A stretch of DNA of 64,000 bases from an uncultured Acidobacteriota bacterium. GTDB lineage: Bacteria; Acidobacteriota; UBA6911. Shown here piece after piece: positions 63,616 to 64,000 of this stretch. The stretch covers positions 96,001 through 160,000 of the forward strand of contig CAWHCF010000022.1 in NCBI GenBank assembly GCA_963827655.1, in the 5' to 3' direction. Each line of letters opens with the position of its first letter. The stretch's first letter is position 1. A program made the translations under genes and the position numbers. The notes beneath the pieces are model-generated. The model made no database searches. It saw nothing but the letters and a program-made list of their open reading frames with translations, and was not told where the DNA came from.

Positions 63616-64000
63616 TCATTGCGCCACTTTGAGCACGAGGTTGCGGAACGAAACCTTTCCGTGATCACCTTGTAACATGAGCGGTCCCGGCTCGCCTTCC
63701 TGGCTATCGAGCGCTCCTCCAGTGATCCCCGGAATCTCCTTGTTGCTGATAACGGTCTTGTCGTTCAAGACGACCGTCAGGTGACGACCCAGCAAGGTGA
63801 TGTCGTATTTCTGCCATTCGCCGGCCTTCTTTCCGGCGTTTTCGGTAGGATCGATGAAACCATAGAGCCCGCCTATGAAATGGCTTTCCGGCGGTTTGCC
63901 AAAATCGTCCTGAATCTGCACTTCGTACCGCCCTCTCAGGTAGACACCGCTGTTGCTCTTGGGCGCGACGTTGAATTCGATGTGTAGCGAGAAATCACGG
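63616..64000 (-). CDS. DUF1080 (3-keto-disaccharide hydrolase-like) protein, 3' part
   Basis: NSGVYLRGRYEVQIQD (read beyond the ORF-track start), GGLYG, GEWQKYDI, LQGDHG.VSFRN. Confidence 0.88.
   Translation of the reverse strand, partial: RDFSLHIEFNVAPKSNSGVYLRGRYEVQIQDDFGKPPESHFIGGLYGFIDPTENAGKKAGEWQKYDITLLGRHLTVVLNDKTVISNKEIPGITGGALDSQEGEPGPLMLQGDHGKVSFRNLVLKVAQ

Overview
A GC-rich bacterial chromosomal window, most consistent with Acidobacteriota (Oar-type TonB-dependent receptors, DUF1501/PSD1 cluster, IPT-repeat proteins). Many genes carry 1-bp frameshifts that look like long-read consensus errors. Left to right: a TonB-dependent receptor; an expanded kdp locus (porin, two ~30-aa membrane peptides including kdpF, kdpABC, a HAMP-PAS histidine kinase lacking its H-box histidine, split kdpD, kdpE) under a promoter with six 11-bp-phased boxes; a planctomycete-type cytochrome-WD40/PPC/PSD1/DUF1501 cluster; a multi-TM Ser/Thr kinase; an AbrB-PIN toxin-antitoxin pair; an SDR; an unannotated ~233-nt highly structured RNA candidate with its own strong promoter (28451-28683); YHS and MMPL genes; an APC permease; tonB-exbD; glycosyltransferases; a second TBDR; AraC-VOC; an archaeal-type ACT protein; and a ~11-kb divergent locus of three exported DUF4384 proteins, an exported caspase-PEGA-TPR protease, a 9x IPT/TIG protein, a beta-propeller-like protein, an Ig-like anchor and an orphan TagJ/ImpE. 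Several non-autonomous repeat families are dispersed through the window (a TAA-flanked MITE, a ~200-bp palindromic REP-like element, ACACGAAG-type repeats, heptamer arrays). No rRNA, tRNA, CRISPR array or transposase was seen. All family assignments come from motif recognition, not database searches.
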